The notes under the pieces: generated by a model
What the model was told of the DNA's origin: nothing
The model's input: the letters and a program-made list of their open reading frames with translations, nothing else
Databases searched by the model: none
In this document: positions 1-10,000 of the stretch, piece after piece
Layout of the letters: every line of letters starts with the position of its first letter
Numbering within the stretch: position 1 is the stretch's first letter
DNA from: Elusimicrobiota bacterium
Lineage (GTDB): Bacteria; Elusimicrobiota; Elusimicrobia; JACQJN01
Length of the DNA stretch: 35,727 nt
Direction: 5' to 3'
Assembly: GCA_016205045.1 (NCBI GenBank)
Contig: JACQJM010000102.1
Coordinates: 1-35,727 of the forward strand
Made by a program: the position numbers and the translations under genes

Positions 1-66
1 CTTTTAAAAGAAAATAAAATGCCCCTGGCATGATATGCCTTTCTTCTCTACTATTCTCCCAAGAAC

Positions 67-279
67 GTGGGAGAAAAAGGAGCCGTACATTTCGAAATTC
101 AATCCATCAAGGTGGCCGTGGACTCGGATCGGGCTCGCGAAACCCTGCATCGCGCTGCGGCTCTGCTGAGAGGACCCCTGCCCAGCATCGACAGTGAGTG
201 CGAATACTGCAGCTGGCGAACCAAATTTAACCCCGGGGAGAAACCCTCAAAAACTGAGCGCCAACCCAATTTGCTTTAA
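67..279 (+). CDS. small hypothetical ORF (70 aa, GTG start), possibly a gene remnant
   Basis: Open frame only. All three + frames are closed by stops within nt 1-35, so it cannot continue from upstream. The C-terminal PLPSIDSECEYCSW Cys pair faintly recalls the C-termini of PD-(D/E)XK/Cas4-like nucleases, but no family is recognised. Confidence 0.2.
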   Translation: MGEKGAVHFEIQSIKVAVDSDRARETLHRAAALLRGPLPSIDSECEYCSWRTKFNPGEKPSKTERQPNLL

Positions 280-300
280 CGCTTTCCCGATACGGGAACC

Positions 301-852
301 TTGGCGGGATATTCGGTGTCTAACCTAAGCGAAAAAGAGTTCATTGAAAAATATGTCGTCATGGTGTATAACTTGGCCTTGCGCTTATTGGGCAACCCCG
401 CAGACGCGGAGGACCTGGCTCAAGATTCTTTGATTCGCGCGTTAAAGGCTCTTCCTAAATTTCGCGGAGACTCCGCGGGGTTCACCTGGCTCTATCGCAT
501 CACCGTGAATACCTGGAAGAACCGCGTTCGATATGAGAAAAGGCGCGGACTGTGGAAAATCATTCCTCTGGAGTTTTTCAGCGGAAATCATGATCACGCG
601 GAATCCTCACTTCCTTCAGAAGAAACTCCCCTGGACTCGGGCCTGGAGTCGCAAGAAAAAACGGCTACGGTCCAAAAGGCCCTTTTAGAGCTGGACGAGG
701 AAAGCCGCGCCGTGGTTGTCCTCCGGGACTTGCAAAACAAATCCTATGGAGAAATTGCCGAGATCCTGCAGATTCCAGAAGGAACCGTAAAATCCAGGCT
801 CTCGCGCGCAAGGGAAAGTCTCAAGGAATCGTTGAAAAAAAGTTACTTTTAA
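301..852 (+). CDS. ECF-type RNA polymerase sigma-70 family factor
   Basis: Region 2 motifs (DAEDLAQDSLIRALKAL, YRITVNTWKNRVR) and region 4 HTH (SYGEIAEILQIPEGTVKSRLSRARESLK). The start is uncertain: TTG 301 or in-frame GTG 316. Confidence 0.9.
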   Translation: MAGYSVSNLSEKEFIEKYVVMVYNLALRLLGNPADAEDLAQDSLIRALKALPKFRGDSAGFTWLYRITVNTWKNRVRYEKRRGLWKIIPLEFFSGNHDHAESSLPSEETPLDSGLESQEKTATVQKALLELDEESRAVVVLRDLQNKSYGEIAEILQIPEGTVKSRLSRARESLKESLKKSYF

Positions 853-855
853 AAT

Positions 856-1941
856 ATGGATCACGTCAAAGAACTCCTCTCTCCCTACCTAGATAAGGAG
901 CTCTCCAACGAGGATGGGGGCATCGTGGAAACGCACCTTTCCCACTGTCAGGAATGTACCGCGGCGCTCCGGGAGCTCCGCGCCACCATCCAACAGGTGC
1001 GCGAAATTCCTGCCGCCCCCTTACCCCAAGGATTCATGAAACGCTTAGAAAAGAAATTTGAAGCCGGCTTTTCCAAACCCTCTTTTTCTCCGTGGACATT
1101 CCCCGGGCCGTGGAAAGTGGCGGCCTTAGCCCTGACAGCCGTGGGGGTCACATTCCTGGTATTCAAAGAAAAACCCCGATACCAAAATTTGGAAACTTTT
1201 TCTTCTCCCCAATCTGAGGAACGCCAGGAACCCGTCCCAGAAGATATTTCTTCTTCCGCCCTCAACCGACAAGAGGGAATCGCTCCTCGAGCCTCGGAAA
1301 AATCTGTCCGTGCCAAGTCCCTGCCGGTCAAAAAGAGTTCCGCGACCAAACACCCCTCCTCTGCCTCGGAAAGAAAAAAAGCGGTGGCTTCGGGACAAAA
1401 GCGTCGGGCGCCTCGACTCGCTGACCAGATTAAATTTGCGGAGAGAGGAGATGCTCCCCCCGAACCTGAGGTCCCCGTTCGAAACTTAAGAAACCCCAAA
1501 CCCTATGAGGTCAAAAATTTTAATGCCTCTTCCCCCGAAGAAGCTGGGGCCATATTGGAAGCAGACACCATTGTTTCCATCGCGGGCGTTCCTCAGAAAG
1601 GAGCTTTGTCTTATAGAACCCCCAGCAGGGCTTCGGAGGATGCCTCCGCCATACAGGTGCAAGAAGAACTCGCTCCCAGTCAAAGGGCCCTGGATTTAGT
1701 TAAAAATTACAGGACCTCCAGCCGAGAGACCCTCCTTCAAAAAATTCAGGCCAAAGGAGGCCGAGAAGAATGGTCCATTCAAGTTCTGCGAGAAAATGTG
1801 TACCAGGTGAAATGTCAGATATTTTTCAGCACCTCTCCTTCCGCCGATAGAAACCCTGTCATCACCTACCTCTTCCGGGTGGACCTGAATCAAAAAACCG
1901 TTAAGGACCTCAACGCCTCCGCCCGAGAGCTTCTGGAATAG
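856..1941 (+). CDS. anti-sigma factor (zf-HC2/ZAS N-terminus, single TM, long low-complexity extracytoplasmic part)
   Basis: HLSHCQECTAALRELR (H-x3-C-x2-C) near the N-terminus and a TM helix WKVAALALTAVGVTFLVF. It starts 3 nt after the sigma gene stop. Confidence 0.8.
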   Translation: MDHVKELLSPYLDKELSNEDGGIVETHLSHCQECTAALRELRATIQQVREIPAAPLPQGFMKRLEKKFEAGFSKPSFSPWTFPGPWKVAALALTAVGVTFLVFKEKPRYQNLETFSSPQSEERQEPVPEDISSSALNRQEGIAPRASEKSVRAKSLPVKKSSATKHPSSASERKKAVASGQKRRAPRLADQIKFAERGDAPPEPEVPVRNLRNPKPYEVKNFNASSPEEAGAILEADTIVSIAGVPQKGALSYRTPSRASEDASAIQVQEELAPSQRALDLVKNYRTSSRETLLQKIQAKGGREEWSIQVLRENVYQVKCQIFFSTSPSADRNPVITYLFRVDLNQKTVKDLNASARELLE

Positions 1942-2103
1942 ATTTCTCCCCATTCCCTGCAATTATCCTTCAGCCCTAAAACTGCAATATAACGTACTTT
2001 TTATCTTTCTCCCCGACAATTTTCAGATGCTTTTTTTACCGTTTCTTTACTTATTATTCAGGAAATATTCAGAGTGGTCCATTATCCTATTTGGCATACT
2101 CCC

Positions 2104-3123
2104 ATGAATCTGACAACCACGCTCAACCTATTGACTAGAAAGGCCTTTCTATTTTCATGTTTCGCTCTCATTATCCTCATCGCACATTGTTCATTGAGCC
2201 AAGCCCTGACCATCAAGTCACAGATTGAGGACGGGGCCTGGAAGGAAATCCCTGCCGTCTACCCCACCAAGGGACAAAAGGTTCGTCTACGGGTTAGAGC
2301 ACCTCTGGGGACCACAATCCGCTGGTTTAGAATCATTCCTGATATCGCAAAGTTTTATCACAACGCGCAATGGCCCTGGAACCCCGGAGCGTATCAATGG
2401 CTAGGCTATGAAAAGATTCAATATCACAAATGTGAAATGATCTCTTTTCGAAATTACCCCGAAATCGATCCCTTGGCAATGGATTCCCAGAGCCTTAACT
2501 GTGCCACTGAAATCCCTGAATCGCCGTACTATCACGCGGATGTGGGGAGTTTCTGGTATCAAGTGGAGATTGACCAGATGGGCAAAATAGATAAATCTCC
2601 CGGCTTGGAGGGTTCGGATGAAAAGGGAATGTCTCCCAAGGTTTTTAGGATTTCGATCCGCGATGGGGAAGAGTATCTGGGATATCTGACATCATTTTTC
2701 AACGTGCCCGCGGTTTTCGGTTCCACCCTGTGTCAAAGCCAGCACCACATTGGGGTGGATTGTGCCGATGCCATCATGGCGGCCTACTATTTATGGAAGG
2801 GGGAAGAAACCGATCGAGACGATAATGTGCAGTCTGTGGTGGCCCGATTTCCAACCCTGGTCCGATTCAATATAAATCAAGGCGTCCCAGACAGGAAGAT
2901 TCTTTGGACCAAAACGGTCAGGCCGGGTGACTTCATTGCCGTTAAATATCTGGGCAGCCGGAGCTACCAACATATCGGCGCACTGTACAAAGATGAAAAC
3001 GGAGATGGAGTTTTGGACTCAGGCGACGTGGTGTTGCATGCGGGACCAGAGCCCCTGCACTTCTCCCCGCTTTCAGAGGGTGCCTTTGATGGAAGCGTAG
3101 TCATTTTACGCCCGGAGGAATAG
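2104..3123 (+). CDS. secreted NlpC/P60-like (papain-fold) cysteine peptidase/amidase-like protein
   Basis: Signal-peptide-like N-terminus from ATG 2104 (MNLTTTLNLLTRKAFLFSCFALIILIAHCSLSQA); the ORF is also open from GTG 2074. NlpC/P60-type order of motifs: HIGVDCADAIMAAYY (catalytic Cys context), VRPGDFIAV, YQHIGALY, VVLHAG. Confidence 0.55.
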   Translation: MNLTTTLNLLTRKAFLFSCFALIILIAHCSLSQALTIKSQIEDGAWKEIPAVYPTKGQKVRLRVRAPLGTTIRWFRIIPDIAKFYHNAQWPWNPGAYQWLGYEKIQYHKCEMISFRNYPEIDPLAMDSQSLNCATEIPESPYYHADVGSFWYQVEIDQMGKIDKSPGLEGSDEKGMSPKVFRISIRDGEEYLGYLTSFFNVPAVFGSTLCQSQHHIGVDCADAIMAAYYLWKGEETDRDDNVQSVVARFPTLVRFNINQGVPDRKILWTKTVRPGDFIAVKYLGSRSYQHIGALYKDENGDGVLDSGDVVLHAGPEPLHFSPLSEGAFDGSVVILRPEE

Positions 3124-3135
3124 GAGGAACTGTTT

Positions 3136-4071
3136 ATGTATATAAGACCCATTCGAATTAAACTTGTTATTTTCATTCTCCTTGCCATGTCTCTGCCAAG
3201 CACAAACGCGAAGGACAGCGATCCCCGCACAAGCAAGGTATTGGCCCGAGAGGCAGCGGCTTTTGCTGCGGTTACCGATTCAACTCCTGAGAAACCAACA
3301 GTTCCTCTTAGTCATGAGGAGCGGAACAGAAAATTCAAGGAGACATGGGAGCGCACTCCATCCGGGGGCCGGGGGCAGTTAGCTATTTGGAGGTGTCAGG
3401 ACATAGACAGCACCTTGGCGACTTTCCTGGCGGATAAATTAGTAACCGAGCCATCGGAGCGAGATAGAAGCGCCCTGGCTCAGGTGCTCGCCAAATGCGG
3501 TCCCTCTGAAATTGCAGTAAAGGCGCTAATGAAAAGCTCTGCTTTCGAAACATCAGATTCCGTTAGACGCCTGGCCGCCCTAGCCTTGCAGATACGTCGC
3601 GAGGAGAAGCTGGCAGCTTCCATTTATATAGATCTTATGAAAAGGAGATACGGGAAGGGGTTCATGCACATGGGGAGTGAGTTTCATAGTTTTAGGACCC
3701 CAGAGGGCATAAGGTTTGCGGCGGAGGAATTAAAAAAGGCTTCTCAAGACGCAACCCTCTCCGTAGACACAAGAATTCCCTTCATACTCCTGGCAGGGTA
3801 TCTTGACCCTGTCCAATTTAATGATGAATCCGTGAAGTTTTTAACCGAATCCATCGGGATGTCCGAAAGAGGAGATAAGGATGTAGAGAAAGCACTCCAA
3901 ACATGGTCACAGGATCTTGTGAATATGGCTAGACGACACTCCCATTCCCCTGATTTAATAAAGAGAGTACGTCAGATTGCCCAAAGAGCCGCAGCATCTT
4001 CCATCCCGGCCCTGGCTCAAGAGGGACACAAGAGCATCCAGGATTTGGATAAAATAGAAAATGAAAAGTAG
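3136..4071 (+). CDS. secreted alpha-helical (HEAT-like?) hypothetical protein
   Basis: SD TAGGAGGA upstream of ATG 3136. Signal peptide IKLVIFILLAMSLPSTNA. Helical repeat-like segments (RSALAQVLAKCGPSEIAVKALMKS, SVRRLAALALQIRRE). The 3' end overlaps the next gene by 11 nt. Confidence 0.6.
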   Translation: MYIRPIRIKLVIFILLAMSLPSTNAKDSDPRTSKVLAREAAAFAAVTDSTPEKPTVPLSHEERNRKFKETWERTPSGGRGQLAIWRCQDIDSTLATFLADKLVTEPSERDRSALAQVLAKCGPSEIAVKALMKSSAFETSDSVRRLAALALQIRREEKLAASIYIDLMKRRYGKGFMHMGSEFHSFRTPEGIRFAAEELKKASQDATLSVDTRIPFILLAGYLDPVQFNDESVKFLTESIGMSERGDKDVEKALQTWSQDLVNMARRHSHSPDLIKRVRQIAQRAAASSIPALAQEGHKSIQDLDKIENEK

Positions 4072-7000
4072 GCCCGTCATCGCAGCGACATTCGGCATCG
4101 CCCTTTTATATGGGGCGACACCTCTATTTTCACAAGGATACGATCCCGGACCAGCTGTATCCTACGCGGATAGATGGTGTGGCAATGATACTGGCTGTGG
4201 GCAGTATCCTTATCACAACACATCCAGTGTCTATGATCCGACATATGGGACCACCTTTCATGACCCTACCTACTACAATACCTATGGCCTGGATCCGGGC
4301 GATGGCGTAGGAGATGACTGCGCCAACTTTGTTTCCCAGGCTTTAATCGCCGGAGGACTTGACGCAGAGATTAAGAGCTTCCTCTCTACCTGGTCGTCTT
4401 CTGATAGAGTCAATTATGCCGGGAGACAATTCACACCAGCCAACCCTGACACAGGGCCCTTGAATCCTCCCATGCCCGGGATCGGATCAGGCGGGGTTTT
4501 TGGAACAGTGGCCAATGCGACTTTAATTAAGTTGAAGGATTTTCTCAATAATAGTTTTCATGCAGAGTACACCAAGGGAAAAATCCCCGACAACCTAGGG
4601 ATGGGGGATGTGGTCCTTGTAGCCTGCGATGCGTGTTCTGGGGTAGGCCCACTCCATCATTCCATGCTTGTAACAGAAGGGCTGGGTGTCAATGCAAAAG
4701 TGAGTTACCACTCGCGGGATACCTTTCACCAACCCCTAGGGGAATTTTTCAGTGACTACCCAGAATCATTGGCATTCTCACATTTCTTTCACTTGACCCG
4801 AACAGTGCCGTTTGTAAAATCCAGGATGATCCTGCAGGGCACCAATACCATATACCAATCCCAGTGGGGGGAAGCCGTGGGTGGGAGGAGGGACTTCAAT
4901 CTCCTGGCCAACGCCTCCGCCGTCTCCAACCAAGACCTTTCCATCACATTGGATTTCAACGAGTCCATGAAATGGGTGGGTGTGAGCGCCACCGGTCCCG
5001 GCGGAGGAGCCGCGGTTCATGTCGCTGGGAACTTCACGGATGTTACCCAAACCCGGTGGCAGGGAATTCTGACCGCAGCCCAGGTCACTCAGAACAATCT
5101 TATTGGGACCGTCACGCTTTCCATAGAGGGTTTCAACTTCGCCTCCTCCAGCTACAGACTGGACAGCTTTCCAGGAACCATCGCAGCTTGGAATGGCTCA
5201 GGGTTTTCCGGTTACGAGGACGAGTTTGGAAACGACACGGGAGGCGGTAAGGATATCCTCACAATCAATATAAACAGTTGTGGGACACCAAACTCCTTGC
5301 AGGAGGGTGGCTCGAATATGGCTGTTTTGGATAGCGCTGAAGGATCCTGCTCTCTCCCACCGCTGAGCGTTGACGTTTCTCCGCAAAGCCAGACAGGCAG
5401 CGATAACACATCTGTGTCCTACAGCTTAACCATCACAAACAACGACACGAATTCCGCTAATTTTGCTTTGCAAAGCGAGGCTCCCCCGGGCTGGGCCACC
5501 TCCTTTAATCCCGCTATGATAAGCCTTGCTCCAGGAGGAAGCGCTGGCTCCCAGCTGACTGTGTCAGTACCCTTGGGAGAATCTCCTCAGCCATATGACG
5601 TTATTATACATGCCATGGAGACCACGGATTCAGTAACATATACGGTCAACGCTCAATCGTTTCCCACGCTTAGATTTGATCCAGCCACCCAAAACGGCAC
5701 CAGTCCGGGAACGGTCAACTACACTGTTTATATAAAGAATAACAACGCCACATTTGGCACATTCAGCCTGATCGCCACGTCGCCCTCTCCCAGCTGGACC
5801 GTTTCCATTCCTCCCACCATAAGTCTCGGTGCGGGACAGGAGGGCTCGGTGAACATGTCCGTTTCGGCACCTTCTAGTTTGACGGATGGCTCCTCCTACT
5901 CCATAATGGTCACAGCAACGGAGTCTACAAATCCTTCTAATCGAGGCTCTGCCAACGCGATCTACAACATTGGAGCTCCTGCAGGCTCTTGCCCTTCAAC
6001 CGCAGATCCAATATTGAGTCTTTACCCCACCGGGGCGAGTCCTGATATATATGCCGTTTCTGGACCCACAGCGCAAACCGTTGAGTATACACTCACGGTA
6101 ATTAACAACGACCCATCGGGATGTCGAAACACCACATTCAATTTAAGCGCACAGACCACACCTCAGCCTCCCGCAGGTTGGAGCGTGACATTTGATCCCC
6201 CTAGCCTGACTTTGCAGCCCCAACAAAGCATGAATTCCACTGTGCGGGTCACGGTCCCCGCAAACACGCCCGCCAATACATTCACCATAAATAATTTGGC
6301 CACCGATTCCTTGGATTCCCTCCATCAATCTGCCCCCCTGAGCGCTCACATTATCGTTCAGGATGCCACCACATTCACTATGTTCTCAAATAAAGACGGG
6401 AACTGGGAGGACCCAACCATCTGGGGAGGCAGAGTGCCTTCCATTACAAACCCCGTCCTTGTCACACATCACGTCACGATCAATGGAGAGGCCTCAGCCA
6501 AGTCGGTTTGGGTCGCCAACGATTTTTATCCGACAGGAACACTTTCCTTCAGCCGCAGCAACGCTGGCCACCTGACCATTGGAGAAGGTGATTTTGCGGT
6601 CAATCGAGGTGGCTGGCTGGACATGGGAACGGAGGACCTTCCAATTCCCCAGGGTATTAAAGCGGAAATTCAATTTAACCCGACCATGCAACACAAAATG
6701 CTTGTCGCAGATGGGGGTAAACTGACCCTGTGGGGCGCCTCAAAGACTGGGTGGACCGACGCCACAGAGGATGCATTGATCGGGGCATCTTTTATAAGGG
6801 TAGCCGGTTCCCCGGTGGGGTGGTCGGTGGATGATGAGATCACGATAGATACCGAACGCCGCACAATCGCCTCGATCTCAGGCAGCAATCCCACAACGAT
6901 TGGCCTTTCGGGATCCCTTTCAAGCAACCATTACATCAGAGATAGGATTAGAGTGGCTAACCTGACCCGCAACGTCCGAATTGGGTCGAATCCAAATAAA

Positions 7001-10000
7001 ATATACATTCACAATCATTCCGCAAATCCGGGAGATTTTTCCGTAAATTCTGCGGAGTTGTATAAACTGGGTGTTGATCCCGATCCCGGATCAAGTCAAG
7101 ACGAAATATCCGGGCTTTTTTTCGCAAATCAGGACCCCCCCGTTCTAACCCCCCGTCCTCCTGCCCAAGGAACGGTATCCAATTCCGTTTTGAAAGACGG
7201 ACTATACAAAACCTATGCCGCGTATTTGATAGATACATCCAGCAGCGCATTCTTGAACAACGTCATATTCAATAATGGCGGCGGGATCGCCATGTTCGGT
7301 AGCCAAAGAAACCAGATCCTATCCAATTATATATTCGGTAACATCAATTCAGGAATCACGGAGAGCGGCAGCCCCAACAACACATTTGCTTTCAACATCC
7401 TGTATGCGAACGCCCACGGAATAAGTCTAGGATGGGAGTCTAATACGGTACTATCCAACATCGCAACCAGGAACAGCCTGAATGGACTTGATATCCAGCG
7501 GCCATCCAATACGGTCGTGGACAACTATTCTTTCGGCAACGGAACGGACTTCAGGGGACAGGGGGAAGTCATAGGCGGGGCTTTGGGGTATGACGAGCAA
7601 GGAGGCCCCTATCCCGCCACAACTCAAGAGATTGTCAATGTGTCGGGATATGCGTTTTTACCCCTCATCCTACGGCATGCTCACCTGAACCCAACCACGC
7701 ATAGGGAAACCAACCCCAATTCAGGCATCCTATCCTACAACCAGGACCAAGACATGGGAACCGTTCGGCTTTGGGGCCAATACACAGTCCCGGGTAGCAC
7801 GCTTTCTTTGGATTACTCCGCCCCCCTTTTTATGTCTGCCGCGACGATTCCCATTCTTATGAAAGGCATCGGTCACGCCGCTTCTGTAGTCAGCACAAAT
7901 AATGATATGGCTGTCACCCAGCTCGTATCTATCCGGTACGAATCCGGGCTGTGGCGGGTGGAGGGCTCCAAAACGAGAGTCCTGGGAAATTTCTCGGGAT
8001 CCATCACAAACCAGCCATTCCCTTCCGATTCCCCTCCGCAATTCAATCTCACTTTCGTTCAGGGAGGTTCTCCCCAGGAAGGAGACCTCATCCATTTTGT
8101 TCTAATCGCTGGTTCCAAGGATGAAAACCGCCAGAAGAAACTCCTGGTTGGACCCTCCTCGCCCTCCGTCAATGGGGGGAGGTCCAAACTGACCATAGAT
8201 CCGAACGGGGAATTTAGAATGGTAGGCAGTACTTCTCTCCCCTCTATTATGGACCGAATAGATGGGTCTTCCCCCTACTACACGTTTGTAAATTCCGGAG
8301 CAATCACCCTGTCCTACGCTCAAATCAACAATACAGATGAAAAGGGCCTTCAAATCTCGGGGTCGGGTGTAGTCAGCGTGGACCACGCCACATTTGATTT
8401 CGCCGGCCAGGATGGTAGCGGGGTGTCTAGTTACATCACCGCAAGAGATTTGACCAGCCAGGCCACACTCAAGGCTATCCAATTCAATAACTCCAGGCCC
8501 AACACAACGCTCTATAATATTCAGGTCCTGGGGAACGATTCAGGGTTAGACTGGACTATTCGAGGCTACGGGGGACCCAAGGCGGGACCCCAATTTAGCT
8601 ATCCCCCCAATACAAGCAAAATCAAGTGGGACCCCACGGTGGAAAGCGCCCATAGCGGATTGTGGTCTGACCCTGGAACGTGGCTGGGCGGTCTCGTACC
8701 TGACGGCTTAAGGCCGGTCCAGGTCTCAGCGGGACATGTGGTGACCGTGAACAACACTCAAGCCAGCGCGGGTCCCGTCAATATATACGGAACATTGAGC
8801 TTCAGCCGAACGGTCAGCAGTCAACTGACCCTGACGGGAGGGGACATTGTGGTCCATCCTGGTGGGCACTTGGACATAGGAAAGCAGGATAGCTCCATCC
8901 CCGGCAGTGTAAAAGCAACCCTTGTCCTGGCCTTAGGCAGCTATGCGGGACAGTACGGGCTGAAGGTTCTAAACGGCGGGAGATTTACTGTGCGCGGGGC
9001 GCTCAAATATGCCTCCGGCCGGGTCGTGAGCAATGATGCCCCTGCGGGAACCACATCCATCACCGTGGATTTGGGATGGACTCCCAACCGCACCGCTCGT
9101 CCCTGGGCCGTGGGGGATGAGATCACCATAGGCCCTGCCAGCCAGGACTCCATGTTCCAAGATGAGGTGGAAAGGAGAATCATCACCGCCGTCTCAGGGT
9201 TTAACCCTGTCACCATCACATTCTCCCCAGCTCTCAATTACGCCCACACTCTCAATACCACACTCTGCGCCCAGTTCTGCGACTACGTGTACACAATCCC
9301 CACCCCCGTTGTTGTGACCAACCTGACCCGCAATGTCCTGGTCAGATCCCAAGGCACAAACATATTCACCAACACAGCCTACATAGAAAACCAGAGCCAG
9401 GACCCCAACGGTTTCTGGGTATATGACGGGGAGTTTGCGTACCTGGGCAGGGGGATAAAGATGAACTCTAACCCTGACTTTTATTTGGGCGGAATCACGT
9501 TCCACAACGCAGCCCGTGGCACCATGGCCCACTCCACAATACGGGACGGGTATCATGGGATTTTAAGCTATGACGATCCTGGGGGGCCATCGGAAAACGC
9601 TCTATCCTTTCATAGCAACTTGATCGGCTTTAACTACTATGGGGCGACTCTCATGGGCTCCTCCGGGAATACTCTCCAGGGAAACCATATATTCTCCAAT
9701 ATAAGTTACGGCGTCTCCCTGGAGGACTCCTCAAAAAACACACTCTCCAAGAATGAGATCTACTCCAATGGGAATAGGTTTGACAACTCAAATGGTGTCA
9801 ATCTTCGCCTGCCTTGGTATGACGTGGGCCATGCCAAAATTTCCCGGGAAAACACACTGGTGGAAAACCGGATTTTCTCAAATAGAGGCTCCGGCATTGA
9901 GGTCAATCTCCAAACCCCTGACAGAAATCCCCTCGACAGTAACTCCTTAGTTTCCAACAAAATCTACATGAATGGGGAACAAGGTTTGTTTGTTAATACG

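Noticed and set aside
26-39. TGGCA-tgata-TGC considered as a sigma-54 (-24/-12) promoter
   Set aside because: The GG-to-GC spacing is about 8 nt instead of the required 10. The sequence is better described as a small GGCAT-gat-ATGCC palindrome of no clear significance.
948-1499. 183-aa minus-strand ORF inside the anti-sigma gene
   Set aside because: It is antisense to an ORF with a clear zf-HC2 motif and tight coupling to the sigma gene. Its sequence is low-complexity.
1942-2103. Search for an ECF-type promoter or a terminator between the anti-sigma gene and the NlpC/P60-like gene
   Set aside because: I could find no GAAC-N16-17-CGT-like motif with correct spacing and no stable hairpin. Only a trivial CTGCAAT direct repeat is present.
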